Notes: generated from the sequence alone by a model not told the origin. DNA of 35,439 bases from Candidatus Zambryskibacteria bacterium RIFCSPLOWO2_01_FULL_35_19 (GCA_001825335.1 MHWA01000014.1:1-35439); one strand, 5' to 3'; shown: positions 8,012-17,637, numbered from the stretch's first letter. A program made the numbers and translations.

Positions 8012-10219
8012 ATGAAATTACTAATAGTAGAGTCCCCAGCCAAAGCAAAAACCATTGGCAAATATGTAGGCAGTGATTATGAAGTCGTCGCTAGCGTCGG
8101 TCATATTCGTGATTTGCCAAAATCAAATAAAAAAGCCATTGATATAGAAGGTGGTTTTATTCCGCATTATGAAATTTCCAAAGGTAAAGAAAGAGTGGTG
8201 GCTGAAATAAGACAATTGGCCAAAAAAGCCGACGAGATATTGCTAGCCACCGACCCCGACCGAGAAGGAGAAGCCATCGCTTGGCATTTAGCTGAAGAGA
8301 TTAAAAAATTGAAGATTAAAGATTTAAAGGTTAGAAGAGTTAGTTATCATGAAATTACAAAAGAAGCTATTGAAGAGGCATTGAAACACCCACGAGATAT
8401 AGATCAAAATTTGAGAAAAGCTCAAGAAGCTCGCCGAGTTTTGGATCGCCTCGTTGGTTATGACCTTTCTGGTTTAATTTGGAAAAAGGTGCGCTACGGA
8501 CTTTCGGCTGGCCGAGTCCAATCCCCCGCTTTGCGTATTTTAATGGAAAAAGAAAGAGAAATCAGAGCTTTTAAACCAGAGACCTTTTTTGTTATTTCTG
8601 CCAAACTAGAAACTGAAAAAAAAGAGAGCTTTACTGCCGTTTGTGAAGAAGAACCAAAAACAAAAAAAGAAGCAGACGAAATTTATGATGTGGCAAAAAA
8701 TGGAAAATGGAAAGTTCTTGACGTTGTAGAAACAGAAACAAAAAGAAGTCCAAGGGCTCCATTTACCACATCCACACTCCAACAAACCGCAAGCACAAGA
8801 CTTGGTTTTTCACCCAAAAGGACAATGATGACTGCTCAAAAACTTTACGAAGCAGGACATATCACTTATATGCGCACAGACAGTGCAACAATGGCAGGAA
8901 GCGCTCTTCTTCAGATTAAACAAGTTGTTTCAAAAAAATACGGAGCAAATTTGCATCAAACAAGAGTATTCAAAACAAAATCCAAAAATGCACAGGAAGC
9001 TCACGAAGCAATCAGACCAACTCATTTTGAAAAAGAAAATATAGGTCACAGCGAAGACCAAAAAAGATTATATAAATTGATTTGGGAAAGATCTGTAAGT
9101 AGTCAAATGAAAGATGCAAAAGTAATGAGAACAAAAATAATAACTGAAGTAAGCCCCTCGACTTCGCTCGGGACAGAAAAATTTGTACCAAATTTTTCTG
9201 CAAACGGCTCTAGAATTTTAGAGGATGGTTGGCTTCTTTGTGATAGTAGAGCAAAAAGAGAAGATGTGATTCTTCCAAAATTAAAACAAAATGATGATTT
9301 AAATTTACTTAATATTGAAAAATTAGAAAAACAAACAGAACCACCAAACAGATATAGCGAGGCAGGACTCATTAAAGAACTAGAAAAAAGAGGCATCGGT
9401 AGACCTTCAACTTATGCTTCTACTATAAACACCATAATAGAAAGAGAGTATGTAGAAAAAGATGGCAAAACTTTAAAACCAACTGATACTGGAGATGTTG
9501 TTTCTACATTTCTAGAAGATAACTTTGAAGAATATATAAGCGACACATTTACTGCAGAAATGGAAGATGAATTAGATGATATAGCTCTCGGAAAAAGAGA
9601 ATACGAACCAACCTTGCGAGAATTTTATAAACCTTTCTTGAAAGAAATAAAAGATAAAGAAAAGACCGCCAAATTAACTACTTTGGGTGACGCTGACCCA
9701 AAATTAAAATGCCCACTTTGTCATTCTGGTATGATCATTAAACTCGGTAGAGGAGGTAAATTTTTAAGTTGTGATAAATTTCCAGAATGTTCTGGCATGA
9801 GAAATATTGATGGTAGTGAAATAAAAGAGGCAGAAGCTTTAGGTACTGATCCAGAAACAAAATTGCCAGTATTTGTAATGGACGGCAGATTTGGTCCATA
9901 TATTCAACTTGGAGTAAAAGATGAAAAAAACAAAAAACCAAGAAGATCCAGTATACCAAAAGATAAAAATCCAAATGAAGTTACTTTAGAAGAAGCTCTT
10001 AAATATTTGAGTCTACCAAGAGAGCTCGGGCCATATCCGGAAACTGGAGAAACGATTTCAGCCAATGTTGGCAGATTTGGACCATATATAGTTCATCAAA
10101 AAGATTTTCGTTCACTTAAAGAAGATGATGTTTATACTATCACTTTAGAGAGAGCCATAGAAATATTGAAAGAGCCCAAAAAAGTCGGTCGCCGTGGTTG
10201 GAAAAAGAAAACAAAATAA
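8012..10219 (+). CDS. topA: DNA topoisomerase I
   Basis: TOPRIM N-terminus (LLIVESPAKAKTIGKY, ATDPDREGEAIAWH), active-site region ITYMRTDS and a C-terminal Zn ribbon (CPLCHSGMIIK...CDKFPEC). Confidence 0.95.
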   Translation: MKLLIVESPAKAKTIGKYVGSDYEVVASVGHIRDLPKSNKKAIDIEGGFIPHYEISKGKERVVAEIRQLAKKADEILLATDPDREGEAIAWHLAEEIKKLKIKDLKVRRVSYHEITKEAIEEALKHPRDIDQNLRKAQEARRVLDRLVGYDLSGLIWKKVRYGLSAGRVQSPALRILMEKEREIRAFKPETFFVISAKLETEKKESFTAVCEEEPKTKKEADEIYDVAKNGKWKVLDVVETETKRSPRAPFTTSTLQQTASTRLGFSPKRTMMTAQKLYEAGHITYMRTDSATMAGSALLQIKQVVSKKYGANLHQTRVFKTKSKNAQEAHEAIRPTHFEKENIGHSEDQKRLYKLIWERSVSSQMKDAKVMRTKIITEVSPSTSLGTEKFVPNFSANGSRILEDGWLLCDSRAKREDVILPKLKQNDDLNLLNIEKLEKQTEPPNRYSEAGLIKELEKRGIGRPSTYASTINTIIEREYVEKDGKTLKPTDTGDVVSTFLEDNFEEYISDTFTAEMEDELDDIALGKREYEPTLREFYKPFLKEIKDKEKTAKLTTLGDADPKLKCPLCHSGMIIKLGRGGKFLSCDKFPECSGMRNIDGSEIKEAEALGTDPETKLPVFVMDGRFGPYIQLGVKDEKNKKPRRSSIPKDKNPNEVTLEEALKYLSLPRELGPYPETGETISANVGRFGPYIVHQKDFRSLKEDDVYTITLERAIEILKEPKKVGRRGWKKKTK

Positions 10220-10250
10220 CTTGCAAAAATAAATAAAAGATTATAATAAA

Positions 10251-11636
10251 ATGGAAAATGATGTAGAAAAAATAATCGCCACTCTAAAAAAAACAACCAA
10301 AGAAGAAAAAGAGCTCATAAGAAAAGCTTACCGATTTGCCAAAACGGCGCATCAAGGTCAAAAAAGAAATAGTGGTGAACCGTATTTCAACCATTTGTTT
10401 GAAACTGCCAAAAATATCGCCGAACTTGATATGGATGCGGTATCAATCTCTTCTGGTTTTTTGCATGATGTTTTGGAAGATACTGATACAAAACCAGAAA
10501 CAATAGAAAAAGAATTTGGAAAAGAAATTTTATTTATAGTTGAGGGAGTGTCCAAAATCGGCAACTTACGATACCACGGAGCAGATCGTTACAATGAAGC
10601 TTTGCGTAAACTACTTTTTGCTACTTCTAAAGATTTGCGAGTGTTGATAGTCAAGTTTTGTGACAGACTTCATAATATGGAGACTCTCTCCTTTGTGCCA
10701 AAAGAAAAACAAGAGCGTATTGCCAGAGAGACCTTAGAAATATATGTGCCCATCGCTTATAGATTGGGTATCAGAAAACTATCAAGAAGACTTGAAGATT
10801 TGGCCTTCCCTTTTGTTGACAAAGAAGGTTTTGACGAAATATCTTCACTTTTAAAAGAAAGCCATGATGAAAGATTGGAAAGTTTGGAAAAATTTAGAAA
10901 AAAAGTTTCTAAAGAATTGGTAGATTCGGGTCTTACTAATTTTCATTCTGATTACAGAGTTAAAACTATTTATAGTCTTTATAAAAAATATCTAAGATAT
11001 AAAAAAGATATTGAGAAAATAAATGATATCTTGGCTATGAGATTAACGGTGGCAAAAACTGAAGATTGTTATAGAGCCCTTGGTATCATTCACTCTGTTT
11101 GGAAACCTCAACCCGGCAAAATAAAAGACTACATTGCTTTCCCAAAACAAAATGGCTACCAAAGTCTACATACCACAGTTTTTACTGGTAATGGCGACTT
11201 AGTAGAAATACAAATACGAACAGAAGAAATGCATAAAGAAGCAGAGTATGGTATCGCTGCCCACTCTCTATATAAAGCTGGAGAAAAGAATAAAAAAGAG
11301 ATTATGCCGTGGATACAGACTATGCTCAATTATTCTGTAAATGAAATAAAGAAAAATTTCTTAAGCCAGAGAATTTTTGTCTTTACTCCTAAAGGAGATG
11401 TGATTGACTTGCCAGTAGGAGCTTCGGCTATTGATTTTGCTTATAATATACACTCCGATATTGGAAACAAAATGGCAGGAGTAAAAATAGATGGCAAACT
11501 TTCTGCCATCAATAGCATTCTTAAAGATAGAGAAATAGTAGAAGTTATTACCAAAAAATCAGCTAAACCAAATCGTAAATGGTTAGAATATGCCAAAACT
11601 GCTTTGGCCAAAAAACATATCAAAAACAATACTTAG
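10251..11636 (+). CDS. rel: Short RelA/SpoT-homolog (p)ppGpp synthetase/hydrolase with HD, synthetase and TGS domains and no C-terminal ACT region
   Basis: HD motif HDVLEDT, synthetase motif GYQSLHTTV...EIQIRT, and TGS region FVFTPKGDVIDLPVGASAIDFAY. Only 461 aa. Confidence 0.88.
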   Translation: MENDVEKIIATLKKTTKEEKELIRKAYRFAKTAHQGQKRNSGEPYFNHLFETAKNIAELDMDAVSISSGFLHDVLEDTDTKPETIEKEFGKEILFIVEGVSKIGNLRYHGADRYNEALRKLLFATSKDLRVLIVKFCDRLHNMETLSFVPKEKQERIARETLEIYVPIAYRLGIRKLSRRLEDLAFPFVDKEGFDEISSLLKESHDERLESLEKFRKKVSKELVDSGLTNFHSDYRVKTIYSLYKKYLRYKKDIEKINDILAMRLTVAKTEDCYRALGIIHSVWKPQPGKIKDYIAFPKQNGYQSLHTTVFTGNGDLVEIQIRTEEMHKEAEYGIAAHSLYKAGEKNKKEIMPWIQTMLNYSVNEIKKNFLSQRIFVFTPKGDVIDLPVGASAIDFAYNIHSDIGNKMAGVKIDGKLSAINSILKDREIVEVITKKSAKPNRKWLEYAKTALAKKHIKNNT

Positions 11637-12610
11637 AGACTAAAATTTTTGATTGAGTAAAGGTCTTCATCTATTGGGATATCCTCTTCTTTTTTTATTT
11701 CTTCAGGAGTCCTATCGTCAAGACCAGCACTTTCAGTCGGCTCCCCGACTACTTCGTTCGTCGGAGTCCCTTGTTGAAGCATATTTAAAATATCTACCAA
11801 ATCATCATTTGAGAAAAAATCTATCATCAATTTGCCCCCTTTTTCTTTCTTTTCAATTTTTACTCTAGTACCCAAACTTTCAGTAAACTTTTCTTCTAAA
11901 GAACAAATTTCTGGGTCCAGATGAGAATCAAATTTTCGAACTCTTTCTATGGCGATTTTACGAGCAGCTTGTTCAGCATCACGAACATTCATTTTGTACA
12001 AGATAATATCTTTAAAGAGAACCTTTTGTTCTTCTGGTCTTTCTATAAGCATAAGAAGAGGTCTCGTGTGTCCTTCATTTATCTTCCCTTCAGATAAAGC
12101 ATTGAGCATATCTTCTGGTAAATCTAAAATGCGCAAAGAATTGCTGACATAGACCCTGCTCTTGCCAATCTTTTGAGCCACTTGATGATGCTTAAATCCA
12201 AATTTTTCTGTTAACTTTTTAAAAGCTCTGGCTCTTTCTACTGGATTAAGATCTTCTCTTTGTACATTTTCAATAATAGCTAGCTCTAATTTCATTAAAT
12301 CATCGGCATTTTCATTACCCTCACCCGTTCGAATAATGACTGGCACTTGAGAAAGTCCAGCAATTTTGGCAGCTCGCAAACGACGCTCGCCTGCTATAAG
12401 CTCATATTCTACTCCCAAACCGTCATCTCTCTCAAACTCCTTTCGAGTAACTACCAATGCTTGAAGCACTCCATACTGCTTGATAGAGTCCGCTAAAGCC
12501 CTTAGAGCATCTTCATCAAATTCGCGACGCGGTTGAAAAGGATTTGGCTTTATTTTATCCAGTTCTACCCAAAATATTGAATTTTGATAAAAATTTGATG
12601 TATTAGACAT
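11633..12610 (-). CDS. parB: ParB/Spo0J chromosome partitioning protein
   Basis: ParB N-terminal box (LVVTRK...YELIAGERRLRAAKIAGL) and an HTH region (HHQVAQKIGKSRVYVSNSLRIL). Confidence 0.9.
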   Translation of the reverse strand: MSNTSNFYQNSIFWVELDKIKPNPFQPRREFDEDALRALADSIKQYGVLQALVVTRKEFERDDGLGVEYELIAGERRLRAAKIAGLSQVPVIIRTGEGNENADDLMKLELAIIENVQREDLNPVERARAFKKLTEKFGFKHHQVAQKIGKSRVYVSNSLRILDLPEDMLNALSEGKINEGHTRPLLMLIERPEEQKVLFKDIILYKMNVRDAEQAARKIAIERVRKFDSHLDPEICSLEEKFTESLGTRVKIEKKEKGGKLMIDFFSNDDLVDILNMLQQGTPTNEVVGEPTESAGLDDRTPEEIKKEEDIPIDEDLYSIKNFSL

Positions 12611-12696
12611 TGTGAACTTATTTTACATTAAAACAATTTAAAATAAAAGCTGAGTATTTTGATTTTTGGGGATTTTGAGGTATATTTTATCTACAA

Positions 12697-12778
12697 GCCA
12701 GAGTGATGAAATTGGTAAACATGCGCGACTCAAAATCGCGTGCCGCAAGGTTTGTGGGTTCAAGTCCCACCTCTGGCA
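12697..12778 (+). tRNA. tRNA-Leu (anticodon CAA)
   Basis: Manual fold: acceptor GCCAGAG/CTCTGGC, anticodon arm GCGCGA-CTCAAAA-TCGCG, long variable arm, T-arm GTGGG-TTCAAGT-CCCAC, discriminator A. Confidence 0.85.
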
Positions 12779-12779
12779 C

Positions 12780-13007
12780 ATGCAAAATAAAATCAAAAAA
12801 GGAATCTACAAACATTTTAAAGGTAAGGAGTATGAGGTGATTGATGTTGGGACACATTCAGAAACTTTAGAACCACACGTAGTTTATCAAGCGCTTTATG
12901 GAGAACAAAAAATTTGGGTCCGCCCGCTTTCAATATTTCTAGAAGAAGTAGACAAACCAGAAATAAATTATAAAGGGCAGAGATTTACTTATGTCAGAGA
13001 AAAATAA
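12780..13007 (+). CDS. DUF1653-family small protein
   Basis: The 75-aa product YKHFKGKEYEVIDVGTHSETLEPHVVYQALYGEQKIWVRPLSIF matches my recollection of the DUF1653 pattern. The start is set at ATG 12780 because the ORF-track extension overlaps tRNA-Leu. Confidence 0.65.
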   Translation: MQNKIKKGIYKHFKGKEYEVIDVGTHSETLEPHVVYQALYGEQKIWVRPLSIFLEEVDKPEINYKGQRFTYVREK

Positions 13008-13965
13008 TAAACCAAAAATTATTGTAATCCTCGGGCCAACCGCTAGTGGCAAAAGTGATGTTGCTGTAGAGCTTGCCCTTCGACTTCGCTCAGGACAAGC
13101 CAAAAAATTTGGAACTAAAGGGGCAGAGGTTATTTCTGCTGATTCAAGACAGGTATATAAAGGACTTGATATTGGCACTGGTAAAATTACTAAAAAAGAA
13201 ATGAAAGGAATAAAGCATCACCTGCTTGATGTGATAAGTCCCCGCAAACAATTTTCTGCTTCCGATTTTGTCCGTATAACAAATGACGCGATCGCGCAGA
13301 TTGTTATATCTGGGAAGATACCCATTGTCTGTGGTGGTACTGGATTTTATATTGATGCTTTGCTTGGTGAAAAACAACTTGCCGAAGCGCCACCAAATGA
13401 AAAATTGAGAGCTCAACTTGAAAAGAAAAGTGTTGAAGAATTATTTAAAATATTAAAAAAACTAGACCCAGAAAGAGCCAAAAATATAGACGCCAAAAAT
13501 GGAAGAAGATTAGTTAGAGCAATTGAGATATGTGAAGCTTTGGGCCCCAACTCCGCTTCTCGCTTCGCTCAAGCTACGCTGGGCAAGAAAGTCCCCTCAA
13601 AATACGATGTCATTAAAATAGGAATAAAAACAGAAGAAAAAGAATTAAAAAATAGGATAAATAAAAGAATAGAAAAGTGGTTTAAAATGGGACTTTTGAA
13701 AGAAGTCAGAGATTTACATCAAAAAGGTCTCTCTTGGAAACGAATGTCAGAGCTTGGACTTGAATATAAGATAGTGGCCAATCATCTCCAAAAAAAGATT
13801 TCAAAAGAAGAAATGATAGAGAGGATGCAGATAGAAACTTGGCAATACGCTAAACGTCAAAAACAGTGGTTTAAAGATAAAAACATCATTTGGCTTCCAT
13901 CAAAAATAAATTTAGTAGAAAAAAAAGTAAAAAGATTTTTAGAAGGCGGGCCCACGAGGATTTGA
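12991..13965 (+). CDS. miaA: tRNA dimethylallyltransferase
   Basis: P-loop ILGPTASGKS, ISADSRQVYKGLDIGTGKIT and GGTGFYIDAL. It carries two GC-rich in-frame patches (see findings). The 3' end overlaps tRNA-Trp on the opposite strand. Confidence 0.9.
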   Translation: MSEKNNKPKIIVILGPTASGKSDVAVELALRLRSGQAKKFGTKGAEVISADSRQVYKGLDIGTGKITKKEMKGIKHHLLDVISPRKQFSASDFVRITNDAIAQIVISGKIPIVCGGTGFYIDALLGEKQLAEAPPNEKLRAQLEKKSVEELFKILKKLDPERAKNIDAKNGRRLVRAIEICEALGPNSASRFAQATLGKKVPSKYDVIKIGIKTEEKELKNRINKRIEKWFKMGLLKEVRDLHQKGLSWKRMSELGLEYKIVANHLQKKISKEEMIERMQIETWQYAKRQKQWFKDKNIIWLPSKINLVEKKVKRFLEGGPTRI

Positions 13966-14017
13966 ACCCCGGTCGCTCCTTTTGGAGAGGAGAATTCTAC
14001 CACTGAACTATAGGCCC
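13947..14017 (-). tRNA. tRNA-Trp (anticodon CCA)
   Basis: The reverse complement reads GGGCCTATAGTTCAGTGGTAGAATTCTCCTCTCCAAAAGGAGCGACCGGGGTTCAAATCCTCGTGGGCCCG. Anticodon loop is CTCCAAA and the discriminator is G. Confidence 0.85.
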
Positions 14018-14033
14018 AACGAGTTAAATATAC

Positions 14034-14058
14034 ACAAAAAAAACGGGTTTGTCCCGTT
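14034..14058 (-). terminator. Rho-independent terminator downstream of rpmG
   Basis: On the minus strand, aacggg-acaaa-cccgtt is followed by T8. A T-run on the plus side also allows bidirectional function. Confidence 0.55.
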
Positions 14059-14062
14059 CTTT

Positions 14063-14239
14063 TTATTTTTTTATTTTTTTTAAAGGTAGTTTAGCTTCAC
14101 TAAAAACCACTCTCTTACGGAGCTTTTTAGAGTATTTTTTGAGTTCTATTTTACGCTCTACTTTACGCTTATTTTTGCGTGTTAAATAAACCTCGCCGGT
14201 TTTTTTGTTTACTAGAGCTATAAGTTGATCTTGTGACAT
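14063..14239 (-). CDS. rpmG: 50S ribosomal protein L33, 58 aa, absent from the ORF track
   Basis: Manual translation gives MSQDQLIALVNKKTGEVYLTRKNKRKVERKIELKKYSKKLRKRVVFSEAKLPLKKIKK. The Y-x-T-x-KNKR...LELKKY...LRK..x.F.E.K signature is that of L33. Confidence 0.8.
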   Translation of the reverse strand: MSQDQLIALVNKKTGEVYLTRKNKRKVERKIELKKYSKKLRKRVVFSEAKLPLKKIKK

Positions 14240-14329
14240 TCCATTAGAAATTAAATATTAATATAGTAAATTTTGTCTAAAATTACGCTTATATTTATAG
14301 CATATCCCACCAAATATTACAATAAATTT

Positions 14330-15175
14330 CTAGCGGGACAAGTTATTTATATAAGCCTTAAACTTAAGCATCAAATCTTTAGTCATTACTCCAACTTTAC
14401 CATCTGCCACCTGAAAATCATCAACTTTGACAATAGGGACAATATCTTTAAATGAGGAAGTAATAAAAATTTCATCAGCCATCTTTAGTTCATCTTGATA
14501 GACAATCCTTTCTTCTATTTTATATCCGGCTTCAGTAGCAAGCTCTAATGTCACTTTTTTAGTTATACCCCCTAAGACATTCTCGGCTGGGGTAATCAAA
14601 GCCTTATCTTTAACAAGCAAAATGTTGCTGGTAGTGCATTCCAAAACTTCTCCATCATTTATATAAAGCACTTCCACCGCCTTTTCTCCATTTTTCCATT
14701 CTTGCAAATTGACTGCTTTAATATAGTTTGTAGTCTTATACTCTGGCATTTCACGCTGATGGTTGTAAGTTAAAATATTAGCTCCTCTTTCAAAATATTC
14801 TTCTGGTAAAGGCACAAAGGGTTCAGCTGTAATATAAAAAGTAGCATTTTCAAAATCATATTCAATTCCATTTATGGTTTTCCCGCCAGTAAGTATCATC
14901 CTTATGGTGGCCCTTTCTTTTATGTCAGATTTTTTTATTATCTCAACAATTTTTTTCTCACAGGAATCTTCAGTAATAGGGATATTTAATCCAAGAGCAT
15001 GAGCTCCATCTGTAAATCTCTGCCAATGGTCAGCAAAACGAAAAGGCCTGCCGTTAAAGGCAGCCAACCCATCATAAATACCATAACCACGCAAAAGACC
15101 TATGTCTTCTATACCAACCTTGGCATCCTCTAAAGGCATTATCTCTCCATTCAAGAAACAATATTTTTTGTTCAT
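14330..15175 (-). CDS. Class IV (fold type IV) PLP aminotransferase, either branched-chain or D-amino-acid aminotransferase-like
   Basis: 281 aa with LLRGYGIYDG, RFxDHWxRF, a KTTNY region and GITK...ER. The layout is typical of the IlvE/Dat/PabC family. Substrate cannot be assigned by eye. Confidence 0.75.
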   Translation of the reverse strand: MNKKYCFLNGEIMPLEDAKVGIEDIGLLRGYGIYDGLAAFNGRPFRFADHWQRFTDGAHALGLNIPITEDSCEKKIVEIIKKSDIKERATIRMILTGGKTINGIEYDFENATFYITAEPFVPLPEEYFERGANILTYNHQREMPEYKTTNYIKAVNLQEWKNGEKAVEVLYINDGEVLECTTSNILLVKDKALITPAENVLGGITKKVTLELATEAGYKIEERIVYQDELKMADEIFITSSFKDIVPIVKVDDFQVADGKVGVMTKDLMLKFKAYINNLSR

Positions 15176-15189
15176 TTTATAATATTATA

Positions 15190-15233
15190 ATAAAAAAAAG
15201 AAAATCGCCACAGTCCGTAAACTGCGACGATTT
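15190..15233 (-). terminator. Rho-independent terminator
   Basis: The minus strand reads aaatcgtcgcagt-ttacgg-actgtggcgattt followed by a T-rich run. Confidence 0.5.
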
Positions 15234-15251
15234 AAAGTGTAGACGTAGCCA

Positions 15252-15524
15252 TCAAGTCACCCAAGGTTCCACATATCTGATACTTATATGGGAATCGTTA
15301 AGACTCCCAAAATGAACAAGTTCTCCACTCTTTTGTCGATTAAGTGGATCTTTAATCCATTCAAGAGATACGTGTTCGTCTGTAACATGACGAACTTTAA
15401 ATGGACCCCTCCCGTAAGAGTGCTCCCATCTTCTTAAACGTTCATTTACATCCGGGTCTTTGTCAGTTGGTTTCAACCCTACCAAGGACCCGGCAATAAT
15501 TTCTGAGCTCATTTCTGTGTTCAT
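15252..15524 (-). CDS. Hypothetical small soluble protein of about 90 aa
   Basis: ORF with a GGGAG SD 8 nt upstream of ATG 15524. The ORF-track start at 15569 would run through the palindrome and intergenic region. I recognise no family. Confidence 0.5.
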   Translation of the reverse strand: MNTEMSSEIIAGSLVGLKPTDKDPDVNERLRRWEHSYGRGPFKVRHVTDEHVSLEWIKDPLNRQKSGELVHFGSLNDSHISIRYVEPWVT

Positions 15525-15545
15525 AAATAACTCCCAACTAAATAT

Positions 15546-15563
15546 TATCACATATATGATATA
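15546..15563. promoter_or_regulatory. AT-rich dyad (tatca-catata-tgata), a candidate operator
   Basis: It shares the 13-mer catatatgatata with the perfect palindrome at 17096-17113. It lies between the HTH-MurA-like gene stop and the start of the downstream small gene. Confidence 0.35.
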
Positions 15564-15569
15564 TTGCAA

Positions 15570-17087
15570 CTATATACCTGTGATTTTCTCAATAGAGGCT
15601 CCTATACTATTTAACCTCTCTACTACATCCTCATAGCCACGATTTATAGAATAGACATTGCGAAGTATAGATACTCCTGGAGCTGCTAACATAGCAATAA
15701 GAATAATCATCGCTGGACGTAGAGCGGCTGGGCAAACTACTTGAGCAGGTTTTAGTTTTGTTGGTCCTGTTATAAAAGCCCTATGTGGATCAACTAGAGT
15801 AACGCTGGCTCCTAATTTATTTAATTCTGTAAAGTATATGGCTCTGTTTTCCCACATCCAATCATGAATGAGAGTAGTCCCCTTAGCTTGAGTAGCAATT
15901 GGTACAAAAAATGGAAGATTATCAGAATTAATACCCGGATAAGGTTGAGCATGCACTTTATCTTTTAAAGCATACAGTTTTGAAGGAAATATAGTTATGT
16001 CCACCAATTTTGTATTTTTGTTTAAAGCCAAATACTCTTTAGAAAATTCATATTTTAAACCCATAGTTTTTAACTTAGTCAACTCTAGGGCCAAAAAATC
16101 TATTGGACATCTTTCTACTTTTAATTCAGAATTTGTAGTAATGGCAGCACTTATAAACATCATTGATTCAATTGGATCTTCACTATTAAAATATTCAATT
16201 CTTTGATTTATTTCCTTAATACCGTAAACAGTCAGACTGGTAGTACCGATACCTTCTATTTTTACTCCCAATTTTTGGAGAAAGAAACAAACTTCTTGAA
16301 CTTGATAATTTGGTGGAGCAAAGGATATTTTAGTTATACCAGGGGTTAGGGCGGCAGTTATAATAGCATTTTCAGATGCAGTATCACTTGCCTCATACAT
16401 CACAATATTAGCTACTTTTATAGACTTGTTGTTAATAACGTATTTATTATTTAGAGTTTTTATACGAGCACCAAAATCTTCAAACATATAACGATGAGCA
16501 GAAATAGTCCTTTCACCCATTTTGCAACCACCACTATGAAGTAATTCAAAACTCTTAAAATTATGCAACATAGCAGGGATGAGCATCAAACTAGATCTTA
16601 CACTTGCAACAGAAGGATGGGTTAATCCTTTTTTATTAAATTTCTTAGGTGGGTTTATTTCTAAAGTTTGTTTTTCAATCCATTTATTTTTTACCCCTAA
16701 AGCAGAGAATATCTCTAACATTCTATTTACTTCTTCTATTCTTGGAATACCATGCAGTATGGTCGTGCTTTTATTTAAAAGAGAGGCACATAAAAGTCCC
16801 ATGGCCCCATTTTTAGAAGGATTTGTTTTTATACTTCCATGAAGTTTTTTACCTCCATTTATTTTAAAATCTATAGAATCAGAAAGAGATACTATCTTAT
16901 GATCTAGTGCTTCCCCTATTTTTAAAAGCTCACCAGCAGTTAAATTTTGACCACCATTCTCTATCCTAGCTACCGCACTTTGAGAAGTATTAAGTATTTT
17001 AGCTAGTTCACCCTGAGTCAAAGAGCGTTTTTCACGTAACTTTTTTATAAAAACGCCTATAGCTTTCTGATTATCCACCTTTTTCAT
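15570..17087 (-). CDS. XRE-family HTH domain fused to a MurA-like enolpyruvyl transferase (EPSP synthase fold)
   Basis: The N-terminal ~65 aa is LTQGELAKILNTSQSAVARIENGGQN (HTH_3/XRE). The rest aligns by eye to MurA: SKNGAM (K22 region), SGGCKMGERTISAH (Cys115 loop retained) and the C-terminal NRGYEDVVERLNSIGASI. Confidence 0.75.
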   Translation of the reverse strand: MKKVDNQKAIGVFIKKLREKRSLTQGELAKILNTSQSAVARIENGGQNLTAGELLKIGEALDHKIVSLSDSIDFKINGGKKLHGSIKTNPSKNGAMGLLCASLLNKSTTILHGIPRIEEVNRMLEIFSALGVKNKWIEKQTLEINPPKKFNKKGLTHPSVASVRSSLMLIPAMLHNFKSFELLHSGGCKMGERTISAHRYMFEDFGARIKTLNNKYVINNKSIKVANIVMYEASDTASENAIITAALTPGITKISFAPPNYQVQEVCFFLQKLGVKIEGIGTTSLTVYGIKEINQRIEYFNSEDPIESMMFISAAITTNSELKVERCPIDFLALELTKLKTMGLKYEFSKEYLALNKNTKLVDITIFPSKLYALKDKVHAQPYPGINSDNLPFFVPIATQAKGTTLIHDWMWENRAIYFTELNKLGASVTLVDPHRAFITGPTKLKPAQVVCPAALRPAMIILIAMLAAPGVSILRNVYSINRGYEDVVERLNSIGASIEKITGI

Positions 17088-17095
17088 ACCAAAAG

Positions 17096-17113
17096 TATAT
17101 CATATATGATATA
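17096..17113. promoter_or_regulatory. 18-bp perfect palindrome tatatcatatatgatata in a divergent intergenic region, a candidate operator
   Basis: It is an exact reverse-complement palindrome. It lies 9 nt upstream of the HTH-MurA-like start (17087, minus strand) and 11 nt upstream of the divergent gene (17124). Confidence 0.4.
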
Positions 17114-17123
17114 AAATAAACAT

Positions 17124-17591
17124 ATGAAAAAAGATAAAAAACAAAAAGTTACACCTTTATTGAAAAAAACTTATATAACCACTATAGAAAATAGCATCGG
17201 TTCAAAGATGTTTTGTAATCTTTACGCCAAAGTAAATGGTAAAAATATTGATATCACTAGGGGTGGTGATTTGTCTTGCGCCGTTTTTGTTTCTTCAATA
17301 TTATTTTTATTTAAACTCATTAAGGAAAGACACGCCACGGTAAGTAGTACGATAAAAGATTTAAAACAATCCGGTTGGATAGAAATAGAGAAACCAAAAA
17401 TTGGATGTGTCTTAGTTTGGGAAGAGAAGAAATTTAAAAGTGGCGAGAAACACAAGCATATAGGTTTTTATATAGGTAAAGAAAAAGCTATCAGCAATAA
17501 TACCAAGCTCAAATACCCCACCAAACATATGTGGGATAAATTTGATAGGAGAAAAGTAGAATTAATTCTTTGGAATCTAAAATTAAAATAA
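17124..17591 (+). CDS. Hypothetical protein, possibly with a papain-like NlpC/P60-CHAP fold
   Basis: 155 aa. It has a conserved-looking Cys (GGDLSCAVFVSSIL) followed about 60 aa later by GCVLVWEE...HKHIGFYIG, the Cys...His arrangement of NlpC/P60/CHAP hydrolases. Recognition is by eye only. Confidence 0.4.
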   Translation: MKKDKKQKVTPLLKKTYITTIENSIGSKMFCNLYAKVNGKNIDITRGGDLSCAVFVSSILFLFKLIKERHATVSSTIKDLKQSGWIEIEKPKIGCVLVWEEKKFKSGEKHKHIGFYIGKEKAISNNTKLKYPTKHMWDKFDRRKVELILWNLKLK

Positions 17592-17637
17592 TAAAAAATC
17601 AGAGCTTCGACTAGCGAATGTTGGTTATTTTTGATTG

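Noticed and set aside
12666-12779. N-terminal extension of the 113-aa ORF
   Set aside because: This stretch is tRNA-Leu(CAA). The real CDS (DUF1653-like) starts at ATG 12780.
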